Shown: positions 1-12,500 of the stretch, one piece after another
Layout of the letters: each line of letters starts with the position of its first letter
Numbering within the stretch: the stretch's first letter is position 1
Origin: Heterodontus francisci
Lineage: Eukaryota
DNA: 64,000 bases
Assembly (NCBI RefSeq): GCF_036365525.1
Contig: NC_090399.1
Coordinates: forward strand, 46,284,430 to 46,348,429
Direction of reading: 5' to 3'
The notes under the pieces: model-generated
Told to the model about the DNA's origin: nothing
What the model saw: only the letters and a program-made list of their open reading frames with translations
Databases searched by the model: none
Position numbers and translations under genes: made by a program

Positions 1-539
1 AGGGGAAAGAGAGAAACAGGGGAAAAAGAGAAACACAGGGGAAACAGATAGTTGCAGAGGAAACAGAGAGACACAGCGGAAAGAGAGAGAATCACAGGGG
101 AAAGAGAGAGAATCACTGGAAACAGAGAGACACAGGGGAAACAGAGAGACAGGGGAAACACAGAGACACTTGGGAAACAGAGAAAAACAGGGGAAACACA
201 GGGGAAACACAGAGACACAGGGGAAACAGAGAGTCACAGGGGAAACAGAGAGTCACAGGGGAAACAGACAGTCACAGAGGATGCAGAGAGACAGAGGGGA
301 AACAGAGAGACACAGCAGAAACACAGCGGAAACAGACAGACACAGGGATTACAGAGAAAAACAGGGGAAGCAGAGAGTCGCAGGGGAAACAGAGAAACAA
401 AAGGGAAACAAACAGTTTCAGGGGAAACAGACAGAGACAGGCGAATCGGAGCGACACAGGCGAAACAGAGACACACAGGCCAAACTGAGAGACACAGGGG
501 AAACAGAGAGACACAGGAGAAACACAGGGGAAACAGAGA

Positions 540-3500
540 GACACAGGGGAAACAGAGAGAAATAGGGGAAAGAGAGAGAAATCGGGGGAACAGAGTCACA
601 GGGGAAACAAAGAGACACAGGGGAAACAGAGAGACACTGGGGAAAGAGAGAGAAATAGGGGAAACAGACAGACACCGGGGAAACAGAGAGACACAGGGGA
701 AACAGAGAGAAATAGGGGAAAGAGATAGAAATCGGGGGAACAGAGTCACAGGGGAAACAGAGAAATAGGGGAAACAGAGAGACACATGGGAAACAGAGAA
801 ACACAGGGGAAACAGTGTCACAGGGGAAACAGAAAGAAACAGGGGAAACAGAGAGACACAGGGGAAACAAAGAAACACAGGGCAAAGAGAGAGACACAGG
901 GGAAAGGGAGAGATGCAGGGTAAAGAGAGAGACGCAGGGGAAAGAGAGAGACACAGGGGAAAGAGAGAGACACAGGTGAAACAGAGAGAAATGGGGGAAA
1001 GTGAGAGAAATAGGGGAAACAGAGTCACAGTAGAAACTGAGAGAAATAGGGGACAGAGAGAGACACAGGGGAAAGAGAGAGACGCAGGTGAAAGAGAGAG
1101 AAATAAGGGACAGAGAGAGAAATAGGGGAAACAGAGTCACAGTGGAAACAGAGAGAAATAGCGGTAAGATAGAGACACAGGAAAAAGAGAGAGAAATAGA
1201 GGACAGAGAGAGACACAGGGGAAAGAGAGAGACGCAGGTGAAACAGAGAGAAATAGGGGAAACAGAGTCACAGTGGAAACAGAGAGAAATAGCTGAAAGA
1301 TAGAGACACAGGGGCAAGAGAGAGAAATAGGGGAAAGAGAGAGACACAGGGGAAAGATAGAGACACAGGGGAAACAGAGAGAAATAGGGGAAAGAGAGGG
1401 ACACAGGGGTAAGAGAGAGAAATAGGGGACAGAGAGAGAAATAGGGGAAACAGAGTCACAGGGGAAACAGAGAGAAATAGCGGAAAGAGAGAGACACAGG
1501 GGATACAGTGAGAAATAGGGGAAACAGAGAGACACAGGGGAAACAGAGAGAAAAATAGGGGAAAGAGAGGGACACAGGGGATGCAGTGAGAAATAGTGGA
1601 AAGATAGAGACACAGGGGAAACAGAGAGAAATAGGGGAAAGAGAGAGACACAGGGGAAAGAGAGAAAAATAGGGGAAAGAGAGGGACACAGTGGAAACAG
1701 AGAGAAATTGCGGAAAGATAGAGACACAGGGGAAAGAGAGAGAAATAGGGGAAAGAGAGAGACACAGGGGAAAGATAGAGACACAGGTGAAACAGAGAGA
1801 CATAGGGGAAAGAGAGAGACACAGGGGAAAGAGAGAGACACAGGGGAAAGAGAGAGACACAGGGGAAAGAGAGAGAAATAGGGTATACAGAGAGTCACAG
1901 GGCAAACAGGGAGAAATAAGGGAAAGAGAGAAACACAGCGGAAAGAGAGATAAATAGCGGAAACGGAGAGTCACAGGGGAAAGAGAGAGAAATAGGGTAA
2001 ACAAAGAGTCACAGGGGAAACAGAGAGAAATACGGGAAACAGTGTCATAGGGGAAACAGAAAGAAATCGGGGAAACAGAGAGAAATAGGGGGAACAGAGT
2101 CACAGGGGAAACAGAGATAAACAGGAGAAACAGAGAGACTCAGGGGAAACAGAGCGAAATAGGGGAAACAGAGAGACACAGGGGAAAGAGAGAGAAATCG
2201 GGGAAACAGAGAGACACAGGGGAAAGAGAGAGAAATAGGGGTAACAGAGAGAAATAGAGGAAAGAGAGTAACAGGGGAAACAGAAAGAAACAGGGGAACC
2301 AGAGAGACACAGGGGAAACAGAGAGAAATAGGGGAAACAGAGAGACACAGGGGAAACAGAGAGAAATAGGGGAAACAGAGAGACACAGGGAAAACGCAGA
2401 GACACAGGGGAAACAGAGAGAAATAGGGGAAAGAGAGAGAAATCGGGGGAACAGAGTCACAGGGGAAACAAAGAGACACAGGGGAAACAGAGAGACACTG
2501 GGGAAAGAGAGAGAAATAGGGGAAACAGACAGACACCGGGGAAACAGATAGACACAGGGGAAACAGAGAGAAATAGGGGAAAGAGATAGAAATCGGGGGA
2601 ACAGAGTCACAGGGGAAACAGAGAAATAGGGGAAACAGAGAGACACATGGGAAACAGAGAAACACAGGGGAAACAGTGTCACAGGGGAAACAGAAAGAAA
2701 CAGGGGAAACAGAGAGACACAGGGGAAACAAAGAAACACAGGGCAAAGAGAGAGACACAGGGGAAAGGGAGAGATGCAGGGTAAAGAGAGAGACGCAGGG
2801 GAAAGAGAGAGACACAGGGGAAAGAGAGAGACACAGGTGAAACAGAGAGAAATGGGGGAAAGTGAGAGAAATAGGGGAAACAGAGTCACAGTAGAAACTG
2901 AGAGAAATAGGGGACAGAGAGAGACACAGGGGAAAGAGAGAGACGCAGGTGAAAGAGAGAGAAATAAGGGACAGAGAGAGAAATAGGGGAAACAGAGTCA
3001 CAGTGGAAACAGAGAGAAATAGCTGAAAGATAGAGACACAGGGGCAAGAGAGAGAAATAGGGGAAAGAGAGAGACACAGGGGAAAGATAGAGACACAGGG
3101 GAAACAGAGAGAAATAGGGGAAAGAGAGGGACACAGGGGAAAGAGAGAGAAATAGGGGACAGAGAGAGAAATAGGGGAAACAGAGTCACAGGGGAAACAG
3201 AGAGAAATAGCGGAAAGAGAGAGACACAGGGGATACAGTGAGAAATAGGGGAAAGAGAGAGACACAGGGGAAACAGAGAGAAAAATAGGGGAAAGAGAGG
3301 GACACAGGGGATGCAGTGAGAAATAGTGGAAAGATAGAGACACAGGGGAAAGAGAGAGAAATAGGGGAAAGAGAGAGACACAGGGGAAAGAGAGAGAAAT
3401 CGGGGTAACAGAGAGAAATAGAGGAAAGAGAGTAACAGGGGAAACAGAAAGAAACAGGGGAACCAGAGAGACACAGGGGAAACAGAGAGAAATAGGGGAA

Positions 3501-6500
3501 ACAGAGAGACACAGGGGAAACAGAGAGAAATAGGGGAAACAGAGAGAAATCAGGGAAACAGAGATATACAGGAGGAAAGAGAGAGAAATAGGGGAAACAG
3601 AGAGACACAAGGGAAAGAGAGAGAAATAGGGGAAACAGAGAGACACAGGGGAAACAGAGAAACACAGGGGAAACAGTGTCACAGGGGAAACAGAAAGAAA
3701 CAGCGGAAACAGAGAGACACAGGGGAAACAAAGAAACACAGGGCAAAGAGAGAGACACAGGGGAAAGGGAGAGATGCAGGGTAAAGAGAGAGACGCAGGG
3801 GAAAGAGAGAGACACAGGGGAAAGAGAAAGACACAGGTGAAACAGAGAGAAATGGGGGAAAGTGAGAGAAATAGGGGAAACAGAGTCACAGTAGAAACTG
3901 AGAGAAATAGGGGACAGAGAGAGACACAGGGGAAAGAGAGAGACGCAGGTGAAAGAGACAGAAATAAGGGACAGAGAGAGAAATAGGGGAAACAGAGTCA
4001 CAGTGGAAACAGAGAGAAATAGCGGAAAGATAGAGACACAGGAAAAAGAGAGAGAAATAGAGGACAGAGAGAGGCACAGGGGAAAGAGAGAGACGCAGGT
4101 GAAACAGAGAGAAATAGGGGAAACAGAGTCACAGTGGAAACAGAGAGAAATAGCTGAAAGATAGAGACACAGGGGCAAGAGAGAGAAATAGGGGAAAGAG
4201 AGAGACACAGGGGAAAGATAGAGACACAGGGGAAACAGAGAGAAATAGGGGAAAGAGAGGGACACAGGGGAAAGAGAGAGAAATAGGGGACAGAGAGAGA
4301 AATAGGGGAAACAGAGTCACAGGGGAAACAGAGAGAAATAGCGGAAAGAGAGAGACACAGGGGATACAGTGAGAAATAGGGGAAAGAGAGAGACACAGGG
4401 GAAACAGAGAGAAAAATAGGGGAAAGAGAGGGACACAGTGGAAACGGAGAGAAATTGCGGAAAGATAGAGACACAGGGGAAAGAGAGAGAAATAGGGGAA
4501 AGAGAGAGACACAGGGGAAACAGAGAGAAATAGGGGAAAGAGAGAGACACAGGGGAAAGAGAGAAAAATAGGGGAAAGAGAGAGACACAGGGGAAACAGA
4601 GAAACACAGGGGAAACAGTGTCACAGGGGAAACAGAAAGAAACAGCGGAAACAGAGAGACACAGGGGAAACAAAGAAACACAGGGCAAAGAGAGAGACAC
4701 AGGGGAAAATGGAGAGATGCAGGGTAAAGAGAGAGACGCAGGGGAAAGAGAGAGACACAGGGGAAAGAGAGAGACACAGGTGAAACAGAGAGAAATGGGG
4801 GAAAGTGAGAGAAATAGGGGAAACAGAGTCACAGTAGAAACTGAGAGAAATAGGGGACAGAGAGAGACACAGGGGAAAGAGAGAGACGCAGGTGAAAGAG
4901 AGAGAAATAAGGGACAGAGAGAGAAATAGGGGAAACAGAGTCACAGTGGAAACAGAGAGAAATAGCGGAAAGATAGAGACACAGGAAAAAGAGAGAGAAA
5001 TAGAGGACAGAGAGAGACACAGGGGAAAGAGAGAGACGCAGGTGAAACAGAGAGAAATAGGGGAAACAGAGTCACAGTGGAAACAGAGAGAAATAGCTGA
5101 AAGATAGAGACACAGGGGCAAGAGAGAGAAATAGGGGAAAGAGAGAGACACAGGGGAAAGATAGAGACACAGGGGAAACAGAGAGAAATAGGGGAAAGAG
5201 AGGGACACAGGGGAAAGAGAGAGAAATAGGGGACAGAGAGAGAAATAGGGGAAACAGAGTCACAGGGGAAACAGAGAGAAATAGCGGAAAGAGAGAGACA
5301 CAGGGGATACAGTGAGAAATAGGGGAAAGAGAGAGACACAGGGGAAACAGAGAGAAAAATAGGGGAAAGAGAGGGACACAGGGGATGCAGTGAGAAATAG
5401 TGGAAAGATAGAGACACAGGGGAAACAGAGAGAAATAGGGGAAAGAGAGAGACACAGGGGAAAGAGAGAAAAATAGGGGAAAGAGAGGGACACAGTGGAA
5501 ACAGAGAGAAATTGCGGAAAGATAGAGACACAGGGGAAAGAGAGAGAAATAGGGGAAAGAGAGAGACACAGGGGAAAGATAGAGACACAGGTGAAACAGA
5601 GAGACATAGGGGAAAGAGAGAGACACAGGGGAAAGAGAGAGACACAGGGGAAAGAGAGAGACACAGGGGAAAGAGAGAGAAATAGGGGATACAGAGAGTC
5701 ACAGGGCAAACAGGGAGAAATAAGGGAAAGAGAGAAACACAGCGGAAAGAGAGATAAATAGCGGAAACGGAGAGTCACAGGGGAAAGAGAGAGAAATAGG
5801 GTAAACAAAGAGTCACAGGGGAAACAGAGAGAAATAGGGGAAACAGAGAGACACAGGGGAAACAGAGAGAAATAGGGGAAACAGAGAGAAATCAGGGAAA
5901 CAGAGATATACAGGAGGAAAGAGAGAGAAATAGGGGAAACAGAGAGACACAAGGGAAAGAGAGAGAAATAGGGGAAACAGAGAGACACAGGGGAAACAGA
6001 GAAACACAGGGGAAACAGTGTCACAGGGGAAACAGAAAAGAAACAGGGGAAACAGAGAGACACAGGGGAAACAAAGAAACACAGGGCAAAGAGAGAGACA
6101 CAGGGGAAAGGGAGAGATGCAGGGTAAAGAGAGAGACGCAGGGGAAAGAGAGAGACACAGGGGAAAGAGAAAGACACAGGTGAAACAGAGAGAAATGGGG
6201 GAAAGTGAGAGAAATAGGGGAAACAGAGTCACAGTAGAAACTGAGAGAAATAGGGGACAGAGAGAGACACAGGGGAAAGAGAGAGACGCAGGTGAAAGAG
6301 AGAGAAATAAGGGACAGAGAGAGAAATAGGGGAAACAGAGTCACAGTGGAAACAGAGAGAAATAGCGGAAAGATAGAGACACAGGAAAAAGAGAGAGAAA
6401 TAGAGGAGAGAGAGAGGCACAGGGGAAAGAGATAGACGCAGGTGAAACAGAGAGAAATAGGGGAAACAGAGTCACAGTGGAAACAGAGAGAAATAGCTGA

Positions 6501-9500
6501 AAGATAGAGACACAGGGGCAAGAGAGAGAAATAGGGGAAAGAGAGAGACACAGGGGAAAGATAGAGACACAGGGGAAACAGAGAGAAATAGGGGAAAGAG
6601 AGGGACACAGGGGTAAGAGAGAGAAATAGGGGACAGAGAGAGAAATAGGGGTAACAGAGTCACAGGGGAAACAGAGAGAAATAGGGGAAAGAGAGAGACA
6701 CAGGGGATACAGTGAGAAATAGGGGAAAGAGAGAGACACAGGGGAAACAGAGAGAAAAATAGGGGAAAGAGAGGGACACAGGGGATGCAGTGAGAAATAG
6801 TGGAAAGATAGAGACACAGGGGAAACAGAGAGAAATAGGGGAAAGAGAGAGACACAGGGGAAAGAGAGAAAAATAGGGGAAAGAGAGGGACACAGTGGAA
6901 ACAGAGAGAAATTGCGGAAAGATAGAGACACAGGGGAAAGAGAGAGAAATAGGGGAAAGAGAGAGACACAGGGGAAAGAGAGAGACACAGGGGAAAGAGA
7001 GAGAAATAGGGGATACAGAGAGTCACAGGGCAAACAGGGAGAAATAAGGGAAAGAGAGAAACACAGCGGAAAGAGAGATAAATAGCGGAAACGGAGAGTC
7101 ACAGGGGAAAGAGAGAGAAATAGGGTAAACAAAGAGTCACAGGGGAAACAGAGAGAAATAGGGGAAACAGTGTCATAGGGGAAACAGAAAGAAATCGGGG
7201 AAACAGAGAGACACAGGGGAAAGAGAGAGAAATAGGGGTAACAGAGAGAAATAGAGGAAAGAGAGTAACAGGGGAAACAGAAAGAAACAGGGGAACCAGA
7301 GAGACACAGGGGAAACAGAGAGAAATAGGGGAAACAGAGAGACACAGGGGAAACAGAGAGAAATAGGGGAAACAGAGAGAAATCAGGGAAACAGAGATAT
7401 ACAGGAGGAAAGAGAGAGAAATAGGGGAAACAGAGAGACACAAGGGAAAGAGAGAGAAATAGGGGAAACAGAGAGACACAGGGGAAACAGAGAAACACAG
7501 GGGAAACAGTGTCACAGGGGAAACAGAAAGAAACAGGGGAAACAGAGAGACACAGGGGAAACAAAGAAACACAGGGCAAAGAGAGAGACACAGGGGAAAG
7601 GGAGAGATGCAGGGTAAAGAGAGAGACGCAGGGGAAAGAGAGAGACACAGGGGAAAGAGAAAGACACAGGTGAAACAGAGAGAAATGGGGGAAAGTGAGA
7701 GAAATAGGGGAAACAGAGTCACAGTAGAAACTGAGAGAAATAGGGGACAGAGAGAGACACAGGGGAAAGAGAGAGACGCAGGTGAAAGAGACAGAAATAA
7801 GGGACAGAGAGAGAAATAGGGGAAACAGAGTCACAGTGGAAACAGAGAGAAATAGCGGAAAGATAGAGACACAGGAAAAAGAGAGAGAAATAGAGGACAG
7901 AGAGAGGCACAGGGGAAAGAGAGAGACGCAGGTGAAACAGAGAGAAATAGGGGAAACAGAGTCACAGTGGAAACAGAGAGAAATAGCTGAAAGATAGAGA
8001 CACAGGGGCAAGAGAGAGAAATAGGGGAAAGAGAGAGACACAGGGGAAAGATAGAGACACAGGGGAAACAGAGAGAAATAGGGGAAAGAGAGGGACACAG
8101 GGGAAAGAGAGAGAAATAGGGGACAGAGAGAGAAATAGGGGAAACAGAGTCACAGGGGAAACAGAGAGAAATAGCGGAAAGAGAGAGACACAGGGGATAC
8201 AGTGAGAAATAGGGGAAAGAGAGAGACACAGGGGAAACAGAGAGAAAAATAGGGGAAAGAGAGGGACACAGTGGAAACGGAGAGAAATTGCGGAAAGATA
8301 GAGACACAGGGGAAAGAGAGAGAAATAGGGGAAAGAGAGAGACACAGGGGAAACAGAGAGAAATAGGGGAAAGAGAGAGACACAGGGGAAAGAGAGAAAA
8401 ATAGGGGAAAGAGAGAGACACAGGGGAAACAGAGAAACACAGGGGAAACAGTGTCACAGGGGAAACAGAAAGAAACAGCGGAAACAGAGAGACACAGGAA
8501 AAACAAAGAAACACAGGGCAAAGAGAGAGACACAGGGGAAAATGGAGAGATGCAGGGTAAAGAGAGAGACGCAGGGGAAAGAGAGAGACACAGGGGAAAG
8601 AGAGAGACACAGGTGAAACAGAGAGAAATGGGGGAAAGTGAGAGAAATAGGGGAAACAGAGTCACAGTAGAAACTGAGAGAAATAGGGGACAGAGAGAGA
8701 CACAGGGGAAAGAGAGAGACGCAGGTGAAAGAGAGAGAAATAAGGGACAGAGAGAGAAATAGGGGAAACAGAGTCACAGTGGAAACAGAGAGAAATAGCG
8801 GAAAGATAGAGACACAGGAAAAAGAGAGAGAAATAGAGGACAGAGAGAGACACAGGGGAAAGAGAGAGACGCAGGTGAAACAGAGAGAAATAGGGGAAAC
8901 AGAGTCACAGTGGAAACAGAGAGAAATAGCTGAAAGATAGAGACACAGGGGCAAGAGAGAGAAATAGGGGAAAGAGAGAGACACAGGGGAAAGATAGAGA
9001 CACAGGGGAAACAGAGAGAAATAGGGGAAAGAGAGGGACACAGGGGAAAGAGAGAGAAATAGGGGACAGAGAGAGAAATAGGGGAAACAGAGTCACAGGG
9101 GAAACAGAGAGAAATAGCGGAAAGAGAGAGACACAGGGGATACAGTGAGAAATAGGGGAAAGAGAGAGACACAGGGGAAACAGAGAGAAAAATAGGGGAA
9201 AGAGAGGGACACAGTGGAAACGGAGAGAAATTGCGGAAAGATAGAGACACAGGGGAAAGAGAGAGAAATAGGGGAAAGAGAGAGACACAGGGGAAACAGA
9301 GAGAAATAGGGGAAAGAGAGAGACACAGGGGAAAGAGAGAAAAATAGGGGAAAGAGAGAGACACAGGGGAAACAGAGAAACACAGGGGAAACAGTGTCAC
9401 AGGGGAAACAGAAAGAAACAGCGGAAACAGAGAGACACAGGAAAAACAAAGAAACACAGGGCAAAGAGAGAGACACAGGGGAAAATGGAGAGATGCAGGG

Positions 9501-12500
9501 TAAAGAGAGAGACGCAGGGGAAAGAGAGAGACACAGGGGAAAGAGAGAGACACAGGTGAAACAGAGAGAAATGGGGGAAAGTGAGAGAAATAGGGGAAAC
9601 AGAGTCACAGTAGAAACTGAGAGAAATAGGGGACAGAGAGAGACACAGGGGAAAGAGAGAGACGCAGGTGAAAGAGAGAGAAATAAGGGACAGAGAGAGA
9701 AATAGGGGAAACAGAGTCACAGTGGAAACAGAGAGAAATAGCGGAAAGATAGAGACACAGGAAAAAGAGAGAGAAATAGAGGACAGAGAGAGACACAGGG
9801 GAAAGAGAGAGACGCAGGTGAAACAGAGAGAAATAGGGGAAACAGAGTCACAGTGGAAACAGAGAGAAATAGCTGAAAGATAGAGACACAGGGGCAAGAG
9901 AGAGAAATAGGGGAAAGAGAGAGACACAGGGGAAAGATAGAGACACAGGGGAAACAGAGAGAAATAGGGGAAAGAGAGGGACACAGGGGAAAGAGAGAGA
10001 AATAGGGGACAGAGAGAGAAATAGGGGAAACAGAGTCACAGGGGAAACAGAGAGAAATAGCGGAAAGAGAGAGACACAGGGGATACAGTGAGAAATAGGG
10101 GAAAGAGAGAGACACAGGGGAAACAGAGAGAAAAATAGGGGAAAGAGAGGGACACAGGGGATGCAGTGAGAAATAGTGGAAAGATAGAGACACAGGGGAA
10201 ACAGAGAGAAATAGGGGAAAGAGAGAGACACAGGGGAAAGAGAGAAAAATAGGGGAAAGAGAGGGACACAGTGGAAACAGAGAGAAATTGCGGAAAGATA
10301 GAGACACAGGGGAAAGAGAGAGAAATAGGGGAAAGAGAGAGACACAGGGGAAAGATAGAGACACAGGTGAAACAGAGAGACATAGGGGAAAGAGAGAGAC
10401 ACAGGGGAAAGAGAGAGACACAGGGGAAAGAGAGAGACACAGGGGAAAGAGAGAGAAATAGGGGATACAGAGAGTCACAGGGCAAACAGGGAGAAATAAG
10501 GGAAAGAGAGAAACACAGCGGAAAGAGAGATAAATAGCGGAAACGGAGAGTCACAGGGGAAAGAGAGAGAAATAGGGTAAACAAAGAGTCACAGGGGAAA
10601 CAGAGAGAAATAGGGGAAACAGAGAGACACAGGGGAAACAGAGAGAAATAGGGGAAACAGAGAGAAATCAGGGAAACAGAGATATACAGGAGGAAAGAGA
10701 GAGAAATAGGGGAAACAGAGAGACACAAGGGAAAGAGAGAGAAATAGGGGAAACAGAGAGACACAGGGGAAACAGAGAAACACAGGGGAAACAGTGTCAC
10801 AGGGGAAACAGAAAAGAAACAGGGGAAACAGAGAGACACAGGGGAAACAAAGAAACACAGGGCAAAGAGAGAGACACAGGGGAAAGGGAGAGATGCAGGG
10901 TAAAGAGAGAGACGCAGGGGAAAGAGAGAGACACAGGGGAAAGAGAAAGACACAGGTGAAACAGAGAGAAATGGGGGAAAGTGAGAGAAATAGGGGAAAC
11001 AGAGTCACAGTAGAAACTGAGAGAAATAGGGGACAGAGAGAGACACAGGGGAAAGAGAGAGACGCAGGTGAAAGAGAGAGAAATAAGGGACAGAGAGAGA
11101 AATAGGGGAAACAGAGTCACAGTGGAAACAGAGAGAAATAGCGGAAAGATAGAGACACAGGAAAAAGAGAGAGAAATAGAGGAGAGAGAGAGGCACAGGG
11201 GAAAGAGATAGACGCAGGTGAAACAGAGAGAAATAGGGGAAACAGAGTCACAGTGGAAACAGAGAGAAATAGCTGAAAGATAGAGACACAGGGGCAAGAG
11301 AGAGAAATAGGGGAAAGAGAGAGACACAGGGGAAAGATAGAGACACAGGGGAAACAGAGAGAAATAGGGGAAAGAGAGGGACACAGGGGTAAGAGAGAGA
11401 AATAGGGGACAGAGAGAGAAATAGGGGTAACAGAGTCACAGGGGAAACAGAGAGAAATAGCGGAAAGAGAGAGACACAGGGGATACAGTGAGAAATAGGG
11501 GAAAGAGAGAGACACAGGGGAAACAGAGAGAAAAATAGGGGAAAGAGAGGGACACAGGGGATGCAGTGAGAAATAGTGGAAAGATAGAGACACAGGGGAA
11601 ACAGAGAGAAATAGGGGAAAGAGAGAGACACAGGGGAAAGAGAGAAAAATAGGGGAAAGAGAGGGACACAGTGGAAACAGAGAGAAATTGCGGAAAGATA
11701 GAGACACAGGGGAAAGAGAGAGAAATAGGGGAAAGAGAGAGATACAGGGGAAAGAGAGAGACACAGGGGAAAGAGAGAGAAATAGGGGATACAGAGAGTC
11801 ACAGGGCAAACAGGGAGAAATAAGGGAAAGAGAGAAACACAGCGGAAAGAGAGATAAATAGCGGAAACGGAGAGTCACAGGGGAAAGAGAGAGAAATAGG
11901 GTAAACAAAGAGTCACAGGGGAAACAGAGAGAAATAGGGGAAACAGTGTCATAGGGGAAACAGAAAGAAATCGGGGAAACAGAGAGACACAGGGGAAAGA
12001 GAGAGAAATAGGGGTAACAGAGAGAAATAGAGGAAAGAGAGTAACAGGGGAAAAAGAAAGAAACAGGGGAACCAGAGAGACACAGGGGAAACAGAGAGAA
12101 ATAGGGGAAACAGAGAGACACAGGGGAAACAGAGAGAAATAGGGGAAACAGAGAGAAATCAGGGAAACAGAGATATACAGGAGGAAAGAGAGAGAAATAG
12201 GGGAAACAGAGAGACACAAGGGAAAGAGAGAGAAATAGGGGAAACAGAGAGACACAGGGGAAACAGAGAAACACAGGGGAAACAGTGTCACAGGGGAAAC
12301 AGAAAGAAACAGGGGAAACAGAGAGACACAGGGGAAACAAAGAAACACAGGGCAAAGAGAGAGACACAGGGGAAAGGGAGAGATGCAGGGTAAAGAGAGA
12401 GACGCAGGGGAAAGAGAGAGACACAGGGGAAAGAGAAAGACACAGGTGAAACAGAGAGAAATGGGGGAAAGTGAGAGAAATAGGGGAAACAGAGTCACAG

